NCBI GenBank assembly: GCA_031269595.1
Contig: JAISYX010000030.1
Span: 1-23,053 of the forward strand
Direction: 5' to 3'
Source: Oscillospiraceae bacterium
Lineage (GTDB): Bacteria; Bacillota; Clostridia; Oscillospirales; Acutalibacteraceae
DNA length: 23,053 bases
Shown: positions 1-6,451 of the stretch, in pieces
Numbering within the stretch: position 1 is the stretch's first letter
How the letters are laid out: every line of letters starts with the position of its first letter
The notes under the pieces: generated by a model
Databases searched by the model: none
Seen by the model: only the letters and a program-made list of their open reading frames with translations
Told to the model about the DNA's origin: nothing
Program-made: the position numbers and the translations under genes

Positions 1-122
1 TTGGTATTCCGCCAGAAACACTTCTCAAAAAGGGGTTGATTGGCATTTCACAACAAGCGATGCACGTAATAAATTAAAACATTTGTATCCCGTTGTCAAG
101 TTTTAGTTGACAAGTACTAGTA

Positions 123-305
123 GGGGCAGACCCATGTGTCTGCCCAAAGACGGAGATTTTTACGATAATCTGGGCAGACACGAAGGTCTGCCCCTACACA
201 CCTTGTTAAATCAAAAACTGTACACAGATTGTAGGGGACGATGTCCACATCGTCCCGTTTTTTCGAAATTCGCAGGTATTCACGGGATGATGTGGACATC
301 ATCCC
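123..305. repeat. REP-like hairpin cluster (family 3). Four perfect hairpins: GGGCAGAC-n6-GTCTGCCC twice, then GGGACGATgtccacATCGTCCC and GGGATGATgtggacATCATCCC. The 3' part (about 225-345) recurs inverted at 22850-22965
   Basis: Palindromes and the long-range inverted match were read directly from the sequence. The six-frame ORFs here (107..319, 117..302) lie wholly inside the repeat. Confidence 0.7.
235..263 (+). terminator. Rho-independent terminator-like hairpin GGGACGAT-gtccac-ATCGTCCC followed by GTTTTTT
   Basis: 8-10 bp GC-rich stem followed by a T6 run. Confidence 0.5.
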
Positions 306-421
306 CTACCGCTCTGTAAAGATTTAGACCTTACAAGGTACTACAAGACGAACAGAGATGCTTAATTAAGCGCAATCTTACCAAAACACTGCCATTTCTC
401 AAACTTTTTACATCAAACCCC

Positions 422-450
422 TTGACACCGCATTCTGTTTATAGTATAAT
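422..450 (+). promoter_or_regulatory. Sigma-A type promoter for the ylxM-ffh operon: TTGACA, 17 bp spacer, TATAAT
   Basis: Perfect -35 at 422-427 and perfect -10 at 445-450. Confidence 0.7.
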
Positions 451-457
451 AGCTAAG

Positions 458-480
458 GTGTAAAGAGAAGTTCTTTACAC
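458..480 (+). promoter_or_regulatory. Perfect 9-bp inverted repeat GTGTAAAGA-n5-TCTTTACAC at the predicted transcription start
   Basis: Palindrome immediately downstream of the -10. Possible operator or 5' stem-loop. Confidence 0.4.
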
Positions 481-566
481 AATTCATAGCAAAGCCTAAA
501 TGAAAGGAGCGGTTGGTCTGCTTTAAAACCTGCTTTAATGCGGGCGGCAGGCTCTACTACACAGTT

Positions 567-929
567 ATGGCTGTTAACCCACAAATAACGCTGCTCTTGG
601 ATTTTTACGGCGATATGCTAACCGAAAAGCAGCGCAATATGATAGACTATTACTATAACAACGACCTCTCTCTGGGTGAGATTGCTCAAAATGAGGGCAT
701 TACCCGTCAGGGCGTGCGGGATTCTATCAAAAGAGCAGAGGCTCAAATGGTAGAAATGGAAGAAAGACTTGGCCTTGCAGCTAGATTTTCAGAGCTTCAG
801 GAGGGTCTTGAGGAGATAAAGCTGCGTGTTGCCGTTATCGAAGAGATTAACAGCCGCAGCGGTAATAACTATGATATAAGCAAGCACATTGATGCTATCA
901 AGCTTCTGGCCGAAAGGCTTATTAAATAG
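567..929 (+). CDS. ylxM: YlxM/UPF0122 family putative DNA-binding protein, the usual partner upstream of ffh
   Basis: Motif LLDFYGDMLTEKQRNMIDYYYNNDLSLGEIAQNEGITRQGV is typical of the family. ATG 567 gives about 120 aa. The alternative TTG at 513 sits only 3 nt after AAAGGAG. Confidence 0.75.
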   Translation: MAVNPQITLLLDFYGDMLTEKQRNMIDYYYNNDLSLGEIAQNEGITRQGVRDSIKRAEAQMVEMEERLGLAARFSELQEGLEEIKLRVAVIEEINSRSGNNYDISKHIDAIKLLAERLIK

Positions 930-975
930 AAAGGCAGAGCGCAGCAGCTAATGCTCTGACACATGGTGTTTTTTG
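929..975 (+). promoter_or_regulatory. Leader element copy C1 (short form): GAAAGGCAGAGCGCAGCAGC-taat-GCTCTGACACATGGTG-ttttttg, ending at the ffh ATG
   Basis: Member of an 8-copy family with box1 GAAAGGaAGAGaCGCAGgcgCAGCAG and box2 GTGTGCgGGCTCTCTgACACATGGTG. Confidence 0.6.
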
Positions 976-2313
976 ATGCCCTTTGAAGGACTTGGCGACA
1001 GACTTTCGGCCGCATTTAAACGCCTTAGAAATAAAGGCAAGCTAACTGAAAAGGACGTTAAAGAGGCTATGCGTGAGGTGCGCATGGCTCTGCTTGAGGC
1101 AGACGTTAACTATAAGGTGGCAAAGGATTTTACCGCAAAGGTCACCGAGCGTGCTGTGGGCGAGGATGTGCTTGAAAGCCTTACTCCCGGGCAGCAGGTG
1201 GTAAAAATAGTTAACGAAGAGCTCACCGCACTCATGGGCGGGGAGCACAGGCGCATTAAATCCGCCCCCAAGCCGCCTACAATTATCATGCTCTGCGGCC
1301 TGCAGGGCTCAGGCAAAACCACACATGCAGGCAAGCTTGCATACATGCTTAAATCAGAGGGCAAGCGTCCTATGCTTGTGGCCTGTGATATATATCGACC
1401 CGCCGCAATACAGCAGCTGCAGGTTGTTGGAGGCAAGGCGGGAGTTCCCGTTTTTGAAATGGGGCAGACCGACCCCGTTAAAATCTCTAAAGAGGCCATA
1501 AAGCACGCCAGAGACCACGGCAACGACATTGTAATAATAGATACCGCCGGCCGTTTGCACATAGATGAGGTGCTGATGGATGAGCTTAAGAACGTCAAAG
1601 CTGCCGTAGAGCCCACCGAAATAATGCTGGTTGTGGACGCTATGACAGGTCAGGATGCCGTTAACGTGGCTAAATCCTTTGACGATGCACTGGGCATAGA
1701 CGGCGTAATTATAACCAAGCTGGATGGCGATACCCGCGGCGGTGCTGCGCTCTCCATCCTCTCGGTAACAGGCAAGCCTATCAAGTTTATGGGCACAGGC
1801 GAAAAGCTGGAAAATCTTGAGCCCTTCCACCCTGAGCGCATGGCTTCCCGAATTTTGGGAATGGGTGATGTGCTCTCTCTTATAGAAAAGGCCGAGCAGC
1901 AGCTAGACGAGCGCAAGGCCGAGGAACTGGCCAAAAAGCTGGAAAAGAACAGCTTTGATCTTAACGACCTATACGAGCAATTTCAGCAGGTTAAAAAGAT
2001 GGGGCCGCTTAAGCAGGTTCTTTCCATGCTCCCGGGCGTGGAAAAGCAGATACGGGACGTTGATGTAGACGACAGACAGCTGGATAAAACCATGTCTATC
2101 ATACTCTCAATGACACCCGCCGAAAGGTCTAAGCCCGACGTACTCAATGCCTCACGCAAGCGCAGAATAGCAGCAGGCTGCGGCATGGAGGTTTCGGACA
2201 TAAACCGTTTACTCAAGCAATACGACCAAATGCGCCAAATGATGCGCCAAATGACAGGCAAGGGCGCAAAGCGCAGAATGATGATGCCCGGTTTGGGCGG
2301 AAAATTACGTTAA
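976..2313 (+). CDS. ffh: Signal recognition particle protein Ffh (SRP54 GTPase)
   Basis: N domain, G domain (GLQGSGKTT, DTAGR, TKLDGDTRGG) and Met-rich M domain. The ORF-track TTG at 973 is followed by ATG at 976. Confidence 0.95.
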   Translation: MPFEGLGDRLSAAFKRLRNKGKLTEKDVKEAMREVRMALLEADVNYKVAKDFTAKVTERAVGEDVLESLTPGQQVVKIVNEELTALMGGEHRRIKSAPKPPTIIMLCGLQGSGKTTHAGKLAYMLKSEGKRPMLVACDIYRPAAIQQLQVVGGKAGVPVFEMGQTDPVKISKEAIKHARDHGNDIVIIDTAGRLHIDEVLMDELKNVKAAVEPTEIMLVVDAMTGQDAVNVAKSFDDALGIDGVIITKLDGDTRGGAALSILSVTGKPIKFMGTGEKLENLEPFHPERMASRILGMGDVLSLIEKAEQQLDERKAEELAKKLEKNSFDLNDLYEQFQQVKKMGPLKQVLSMLPGVEKQIRDVDVDDRQLDKTMSIILSMTPAERSKPDVLNASRKRRIAAGCGMEVSDINRLLKQYDQMRQMMRQMTGKGAKRRMMMPGLGGKLR

Positions 2314-2336
2314 CTAATAACAGGAGGTGATTCAAT

Positions 2337-2579
2337 ATGGCAGTTAAAATCAGGCTTCGCCGCATGGGTGCGAAAAAGGCTCCCTTTTATCGTATAGTTG
2401 TGGCCGATTCAAGATACCCCCGTGATGGAAGGTTCATTGAAGAAATAGGCTATTACAACCCTTTAAAGGAACCGGCAGAGGTTAAAATTGACGCTGAAAA
2501 GGTACAGCAATGGATAGCAAACGGTGCACAGCCCACAGATACGGTAAAGGCACTGTTAAAAAGAAACGGTATTGCATAA
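2337..2579 (+). CDS. rpsP: 30S ribosomal protein S16
   Basis: [51 protein letters not shown] lies 8 nt upstream. Confidence 0.95.
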   Translation: MAVKIRLRRMGAKKAPFYRIVVADSRYPRDGRFIEEIGYYNPLKEPAEVKIDAEKVQQWIANGAQPTDTVKALLKRNGIA

Positions 2580-2590
2580 TCAGTTTGTAA

Positions 2591-2653
2591 GAAAGGTAAG
2601 TGTCAGCAGAGGTGCATAGCTGTGCCTGTGCTTTATGACACATGGTAACAAGC
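2591..2653 (+). promoter_or_regulatory. Leader element copy C2: GAAAGGTAAGTGTCAGCAGAGG ... TGTGCCTGTGCTTTATGACACATGGTAACA
   Basis: Box1 and box2 consensus. The element ATG at 2642 lies 12 nt before the likely true GTG start at 2654. Confidence 0.55.
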
Positions 2654-2887
2654 GTGAACGAGCTTCTTATTGACATTGCAAAGGGCTTGGTTGAAGAGCC
2701 TGAGGCAGTGAGCGTTGAGGTTGATGAGGTTAACGAGGAGGGTATTATTGTATACCATCTTAAGGTAGCCGATGATGACAAGGGCCGTGTAATAGGCAAG
2801 CAGGGCAGAATTGCAAAGGCAATCCGCACTGTTATGCGTGCAGCAGCCAACCGCCAAAACCTAAAGGTTTCGGTTGAAATTGACTAA
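2654..2887 (+). CDS. KH domain RNA-binding protein (YlqC/UPF0109 family)
   Basis: GKVIGKQGRIAKAIRTVMRAAA KH motif. The start is either ATG 2642, inside the leader element, or GTG 2654, which gives the usual family N-terminus. Confidence 0.8.
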   Translation: MNELLIDIAKGLVEEPEAVSVEVDEVNEEGIIVYHLKVADDDKGRVIGKQGRIAKAIRTVMRAAANRQNLKVSVEID

Positions 2888-2910
2888 CATAGTTCATTAA
2901 CCAAACAAAG

Positions 2911-2947
2911 GCCGTGAAGCAAATTAAAGCTTCACGGCACTTTTAAT
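2911..2947 (+). terminator. Rho-independent terminator GCCGTGAAGC-aaattaaa-GCTTCACGGC then ACTTTTAATT
   Basis: 10-bp perfect stem plus T-rich tail, directly 3' of the KH gene. It ends the operon before the rimM/trmD/rplS genes that normally follow. Confidence 0.7.
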
Positions 2948-2950
2948 TAA

Positions 2951-3290
2951 ATTGAAAATTGAAAGTTGAAAGTTGAAAGTTAAGGCTAATTTGCTGCGCA
3001 AATTTAAAAGAATATAATTCCCCTCAACGGAGGGGTGCCCCAAAGGGGCAGGGTGGTTTATACGTCAGCAAACACTTTAAAGTAACGCTTAATTAAGAGC
3101 GAGCACAAAGCTAAAAAGCAAGCACCACGCTCCAAAATTCACAAATCAAAAGAGTAGTGCGCCCGCAAAACCACCCTCTCTTCCTCCTACGGGGCGGAAG
3201 AATGCCCCTCCGAAGAGGGGAATTTAGTCGGCAGCCCGAACCCTTAAATCAAAATTTGCGCAGCAAATCCACCTTCATTATGCATTATCA
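2951..3290 (+). repeat. MITE-like repeat, family 1, copy 1, about 340 bp. Layout: TTGAAAG heptamer repeats, AATTTGCTGCGCAAATT hairpin, a 45-55 bp GC-rich TIR (AATTCCCCTCaacgGAGGGGtgCCCC...GGTGGTTT), an A-rich 170-bp core, the inverted TIR, then AAATTTGCGCAGCAAAT hairpin
   Basis: About 85-90% identical to 14083-14445 (same orientation) and 16852-17203 (inverted). No credible ORF. Sits between convergent genes. Confidence 0.75.
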
Positions 3291-3291
3291 A

Positions 3292-3978
3292 TTATACATT
3301 AATCAAAACTGGCGCAAATCCTGTGTAATCGCAGGAGATTAGCTTAAACTTTGTGCCCTCGTTTTCGCCGTTAAAGGCTTTTTTGTGTGCTATCCCGTGC
3401 AGATGTCCGTAATATACCCTTTTAATGCTGTATTCCTGCAGCACTGCAAGTATCTCCTCGCAGGTGTATTCGCCCATAATTGGGGGGTAATGCAGGAACA
3501 CAACAGGCTCAAGGCCTGTTTTTGCAGCCTCCTCTATAGAGGCTCGCAGCCTGCCCGCCTCCCGCAGTATAATGCGCTTGTCGTCCTCTCCTGCGTCAAG
3601 ACTCCAGCCCCGAGTTCCGCATAGACAAAGCCCCTCAACAGCCTTGCAGGAGTTGTGGATAATCTCCAGCGTGTTAAAGCCCTGCTCTGCAAAGAAGCTT
3701 TCCATTTTGCGGCGGGTGCTCCACCAGTAATCGTGATTCCCCTTTATAAGCAGCTTTGTTCCGGGCAAGGAGTTGAGGAAGACAAAGTCTGTGCGGGTGT
3801 TTTCCAGCCGCATAGCCCAAGAAATATCCCCTGCAATTACCACCGTATCCTCAGGCTTTACAAGGGCATTCCAGTTTTTTTCGATTTTTTCTGTGTAGCT
3901 CTCCCACCCGCGAAAGATGTCCATGGGCTTGTCTGTGCCCAGTGAGAGGTGTAAATCTGCTATTGCAAAAATTGCCAT
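3292..3978 (-). CDS. Metallophosphoesterase (calcineurin-like phosphoesterase, YfcE-like)
   Basis: DLHLS, GDISWA and GNHDYW metal-binding motifs. The last about 4 codons lie in the MITE flank. Confidence 0.75.
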   Translation of the reverse strand: MAIFAIADLHLSLGTDKPMDIFRGWESYTEKIEKNWNALVKPEDTVVIAGDISWAMRLENTRTDFVFLNSLPGTKLLIKGNHDYWWSTRRKMESFFAEQGFNTLEIIHNSCKAVEGLCLCGTRGWSLDAGEDDKRIILREAGRLRASIEEAAKTGLEPVVFLHYPPIMGEYTCEEILAVLQEYSIKRVYYGHLHGIAHKKAFNGENEGTKFKLISCDYTGFAPVLINV

Positions 3979-4057
3979 TAAAACACCATGTGTTAGAGAG
4001 CCCGCACACTAATAAGTCATCAAAAGTTCACCCTTTGTGCCTGCGTCTCTACCCTTC
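3979..4057 (-). promoter_or_regulatory. Leader element copy C3 (long form), ending at the metallophosphoesterase ATG
   Basis: Minus-strand sense reads GAAGGGTAGAGACGCAGGCACA...GTGTGCGGGCTCTCTAACACATGGTGTTTTAATG. Confidence 0.6.
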
Positions 4058-4074
4058 TTATTTTTTTAAAACTG

Positions 4075-4113
4075 ACACCATGTGTTAGAGAGCACACTGC
4101 GCTCTGCCTTTCA
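4075..4113 (-). promoter_or_regulatory. Leader element copy C3' (short form), in tandem upstream of C3, followed by a 7-codon mini-ORF MVSVLKK
   Basis: Sense reads GAAAGGCAGAGCGCAGTGTGCTCTCTAACACATGGTGTCAGTTTTAAAAAAATAA. Confidence 0.5.
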
Positions 4114-4236
4114 CGCTTTTAAAATTTTTTGCCATTTATATTTTGTCTGTTAAACAGGAATAATAATATTGGTCTTAAAACCGTGCCGGCGGCACTGTAA
4201 AAGACTATACTTTATTATATTCAGGAGGACACTGTT

Positions 4237-4398
4237 TTGGATAGAAAAAATAGCGAAAATATTAACCATATAGAGTGCAACGTTAAAAACTGTGAATATC
4301 AGCAAGAGAGCAAGTGCTGCGCCGACGATGTTAAGGTTGGCCCCAATTTTGCCGTAACCTCTGCCGATACTGTTTGCAAAACCTTTAAAAGCAGATAA
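4237..4398 (+). CDS. DUF1540 family small Cys-rich protein, 53 aa, missing from the ORF track
   Basis: AGGAGG, 8 nt, then TTG start. Translation MDRKNSENINHIECNVKNCEYQQESKCCADDVKVGPNFAVTSADTVCKTFKSR matches the DUF1540 pattern C.V.NC.Y...C.A..V.V....TVC.TFK. Confidence 0.7.
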   Translation: MDRKNSENINHIECNVKNCEYQQESKCCADDVKVGPNFAVTSADTVCKTFKSR

Positions 4399-4423
4399 CA
4401 AGCCGTTACAGCGGTAATATTCA

Positions 4424-4456
4424 AAGCCCGCCAATCTAATTGACGGGCTTAGTTTT
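4424..4456 (+). terminator. Terminator hairpin AAGCCCG-n13-CGGGCTT then AGTTTTTT, probably bidirectional between DUF1540 and the LXG-like gene
   Basis: 7-bp GC stem plus T6. Confidence 0.55.
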
Positions 4457-4471
4457 TTAGTGTTTTTTGCA

Positions 4472-5053
4472 CTAATTACTTGCCTTAGCCTGCTCTATTT
4501 TAATTAATAAGGCTTGCAGCGAGCCTATTATGGACGAAAATCTCTCGCCATTTTCTATATCAAATGAGAGAAACCTCTCTGTCAATTCCTCTGTAAGGCT
4601 CAAGCCCTCGGTTAAGGGCTGCATAAAGTCTGTGTTCTGGGGGCGTGTCATGGGAAGCAGATCTTTAATTTTGCTTAAATCCGTTTCCAGCTCTCTTTGC
4701 AGCACGTCAAAGGATTTGCGCAGCTCGTTAAACTCCTGAGAGACAGCCGTTAAAACCGTGGAATCTATGTAGGAGATGTCGCTCCCGTCCACATTTTGCA
4801 CATACTTCATCATGGTTTGCCTAAGAGCCTCCAGCAATGCGGTGGAAATTTCGGCAAGCTCACGACACACAGAACGGTGTGTTGAGGAGATATATTGCTT
4901 AAGGCTCTCGGCTCCTGCACCGGACATGTCCTGGGCAGCAATGTCCGCCCAAATGACATCCATGCGCTTAAAGCCTTCGCTTAGCTTGGCGGATTTTGGC
5001 GCAAAGCTCTCTCTGGCCTGCACCAGCTCGGAATAATCTAAAAGCTTACTCAT
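4472..5053 (-). CDS. LXG-domain-like protein, 193 aa, an N-terminal type VII effector delivery domain with no C-terminal toxin domain
   Basis: N-terminus MSKLLDYSEL, a SGAGAESLKQY block, DISYIDSTVL and KDLLPM all resemble LXG domains. GGGGAGG RBS. Preceded by two small helical genes as in the Bacillus ywqH-ywqI-ywqJ locus. Confidence 0.5.
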   Translation of the reverse strand: MSKLLDYSELVQARESFAPKSAKLSEGFKRMDVIWADIAAQDMSGAGAESLKQYISSTHRSVCRELAEISTALLEALRQTMMKYVQNVDGSDISYIDSTVLTAVSQEFNELRKSFDVLQRELETDLSKIKDLLPMTRPQNTDFMQPLTEGLSLTEELTERFLSFDIENGERFSSIIGSLQALLIKIEQAKASN

Positions 5054-5313
5054 AGACTAGCCTCCCCGCCCTGCTGTGTAAGGTCAAGAGTATCCACAGC
5101 CTTTTCTATTTTTGCAGTGTCAAGCATTACTAATTCAGAATATGCATTTACGCATTTTTGAAGCAGAGCCAGAGCCTCTGAAAAGCCTGCAAAGGTGCTA
5201 AGGGTGCTTTTGGAGACAGACAGAGTATCGTGGCTTGTCTCTCCAAGCTCTACCGCCTCGTTTTTTAGAAGAGCAAGCTGGCCTTTAATGGCCTCGCTGT
5301 TAAAGCCTACCAT
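5050..5313 (-). CDS. Small helical WXG100-like accessory protein, 87 aa (YwqI / DUF5344-like, an LXG partner)
   Basis: Size, position between the 134-aa gene and the LXG gene, and GGGGGG RBS. Start and stop overlaps with both neighbours. Confidence 0.45.
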   Translation of the reverse strand: MVGFNSEAIKGQLALLKNEAVELGETSHDTLSVSKSTLSTFAGFSEALALLQKCVNAYSELVMLDTAKIEKAVDTLDLTQQGGEASL

Positions 5314-5711
5314 GCAGCATACCCCCCTGTTTCTTTTTCAAGCATATCCAGCGAATTTCTTAATGAAGTAATTTGCTTGTGATTGCTGTAACGCTGATTT
5401 TCTAACCGTGTTATTTCTCTTTCAATAGAATCCTGTATTAAATCAAGCTTGCGAAGGTAATCGGTGCAGCCCCAAACGGTGTCGTCTACTAATCTGTAAT
5501 GAATTTTTTTGGCCTGCATACCCTTCCACTCTTTAAACAGGGATTCTTTAGCCTTTAAACGGCTAAGGCTGGTTTTAACGTTAAACTTTAAAAAGCCCAA
5601 ATCCTCGCCGGCCTCCTTAAGCCTTTGTATCCCTTGAGCTATACGTTCCTGCCGCCTTAAAAGGTCGTTTAAATCTCCGTTTGTAAGAGAAATTCGTTCC
5701 CTTATGTTCAT
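5307..5711 (-). CDS. Small helical accessory protein, 134 aa (YwqH / DUF5082-like, an LXG partner)
   Basis: AAAAGGGGGA then 9 nt then ATG at 5711. The ORF-track TTG at 5750 lies upstream of the RBS. Confidence 0.45.
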   Translation of the reverse strand: MNIRERISLTNGDLNDLLRRQERIAQGIQRLKEAGEDLGFLKFNVKTSLSRLKAKESLFKEWKGMQAKKIHYRLVDDTVWGCTDYLRKLDLIQDSIEREITRLENQRYSNHKQITSLRNSLDMLEKETGGYAAW

Positions 5712-5986
5712 ATGTAAAAATCCCCCTTTTAACATGAACAATTTGTGCAATTTTAAGCAACTTATAGCATATTAACCCATATTGCCACAAAATTTGCGAT
5801 AACTGTATTGATTATAACATATGCAACCTGAAATGTAAATAGTTTTATAATCAAAATGTTTTGGAAAAATTTGATAGTTGGATTTTTGTAAGTAGTGGTT
5901 TGTGGAGTGCTCTGTAAATCTTAAAATTTCAAATTCGCCCACAACGCTACAGTGGTACACCAAATGAATTTGAAGCCACAAAAGCT

Positions 5987-6160
5987 GCGTCATTGCGAGC
6001 ACGCAACAAAGCCGGAATAACAGTAAAGTGCGGTGTGCGAAGCAATCCAGTGGAACAAGGCCAGACGTCCCATAGTAGCACAGGGGCTTAAGTCCCACTG
6101 GATTGCTTCGCACTTGTAACCGCATGGTAAACTCAAGCTCAGCGGTGCTCGCAATGACGC
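5987..6160. repeat. Nested-palindrome repeat, family 2, copy A, about 174 bp. Outer stem GCGTCATTGCGAGCAC/GTGCTCGCAATGACGC encloses an inner stem GTGCGAAGCAATCCAGTGG/CCACTGGATTGCTTCGCAC
   Basis: Second copy at 12952-13125 in the opposite orientation. The overlapping ORF 5772..6206 is judged spurious. Confidence 0.7.
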
Positions 6161-6376
6161 ACGTCAGTGGGGCGATAGAAAAGTAACATTCCTCACGCTC
6201 TCTCACATTCCGCCCGGTCTACATGTGGACGTAAAAAGTTTTAGTTGTTACAAGGTAGTAGCAGCAAATTTTTAATCGAAATTGCGAAAATTGCTAAAAA
6301 ACTGCGAAATCAGGCAAAAAACTGCGCAACAGCGAGCTAATCTCAGCTAATCGCCGAATATGTCAACAAATCAGGG

Positions 6377-6405
6377 TTGCGGTTCTTTTGAACTTGTGTT
6401 ATAAT
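6377..6405 (+). promoter_or_regulatory. Promoter for the DUF1836 gene: TTGCGG, 17 bp, then TGT-TATAAT extended -10
   Basis: -35-like at 6377-6382, TATAAT at 6400-6405. Confidence 0.45.
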
Positions 6406-6451
6406 TCATATATCGTAGAAATCGCTCATTTCACATTAGGAGGTGTTCTTT

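Noticed and set aside
123-305. Possible CRISPR array suggested by repeated perfect hairpins
   Set aside because: Only 2-4 units, with unequal repeat sequences and spacing. No cas genes. The same module recurs inverted at the other end of the window, which fits a REP-like repeat and not a CRISPR.
107-319. Six-frame ORFs 107..319 (+) and 117..302 (-) at the window start
   Set aside because: Both lie entirely within the REP-like hairpin cluster, have no RBS, and their sequence is dictated by the palindromes. Treated as non-coding repeat.
1110-1934. Long antisense ORFs inside ffh (1110..1616, 1354..1830, 1650..1934). Similar antisense ORFs lie inside floT (9340..9819), pyrF, the methyltransferase, SDR, DUF1015 and rnfD
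   Set aside because: The sense strand encodes well-conserved proteins. The antisense frames are open only because of GC-rich or repetitive codon composition.
2951-3290. Family-1 repeat as a known large ncRNA such as OLE, ROOL or 6S
   Set aside because: Three copies at about 90% identity in both orientations within 23 kb, plus duplicated terminal palindromes, point to a mobile or dispersed repeat. I cannot match it by eye to any known RNA family. A homology search is needed to exclude it fully.
3157-3342. 61-aa ORF inside MITE copy 1
   Set aside because: It falls within a repeat whose other copies do not preserve the frame. No RBS.
4150-4434. 94-aa minus-strand ORF antisense to the DUF1540 gene
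   Set aside because: No RBS. The plus-strand ORF has a perfect RBS, a terminator and a family-specific Cys pattern. The two cannot both be real.
5772-6206. 144-aa minus-strand ORF overlapping repeat family 2 copy A
   Set aside because: It spans the nested palindrome and AT-rich promoter DNA. No RBS and no recognisable domain. The inverted copy B has no equivalent ORF.
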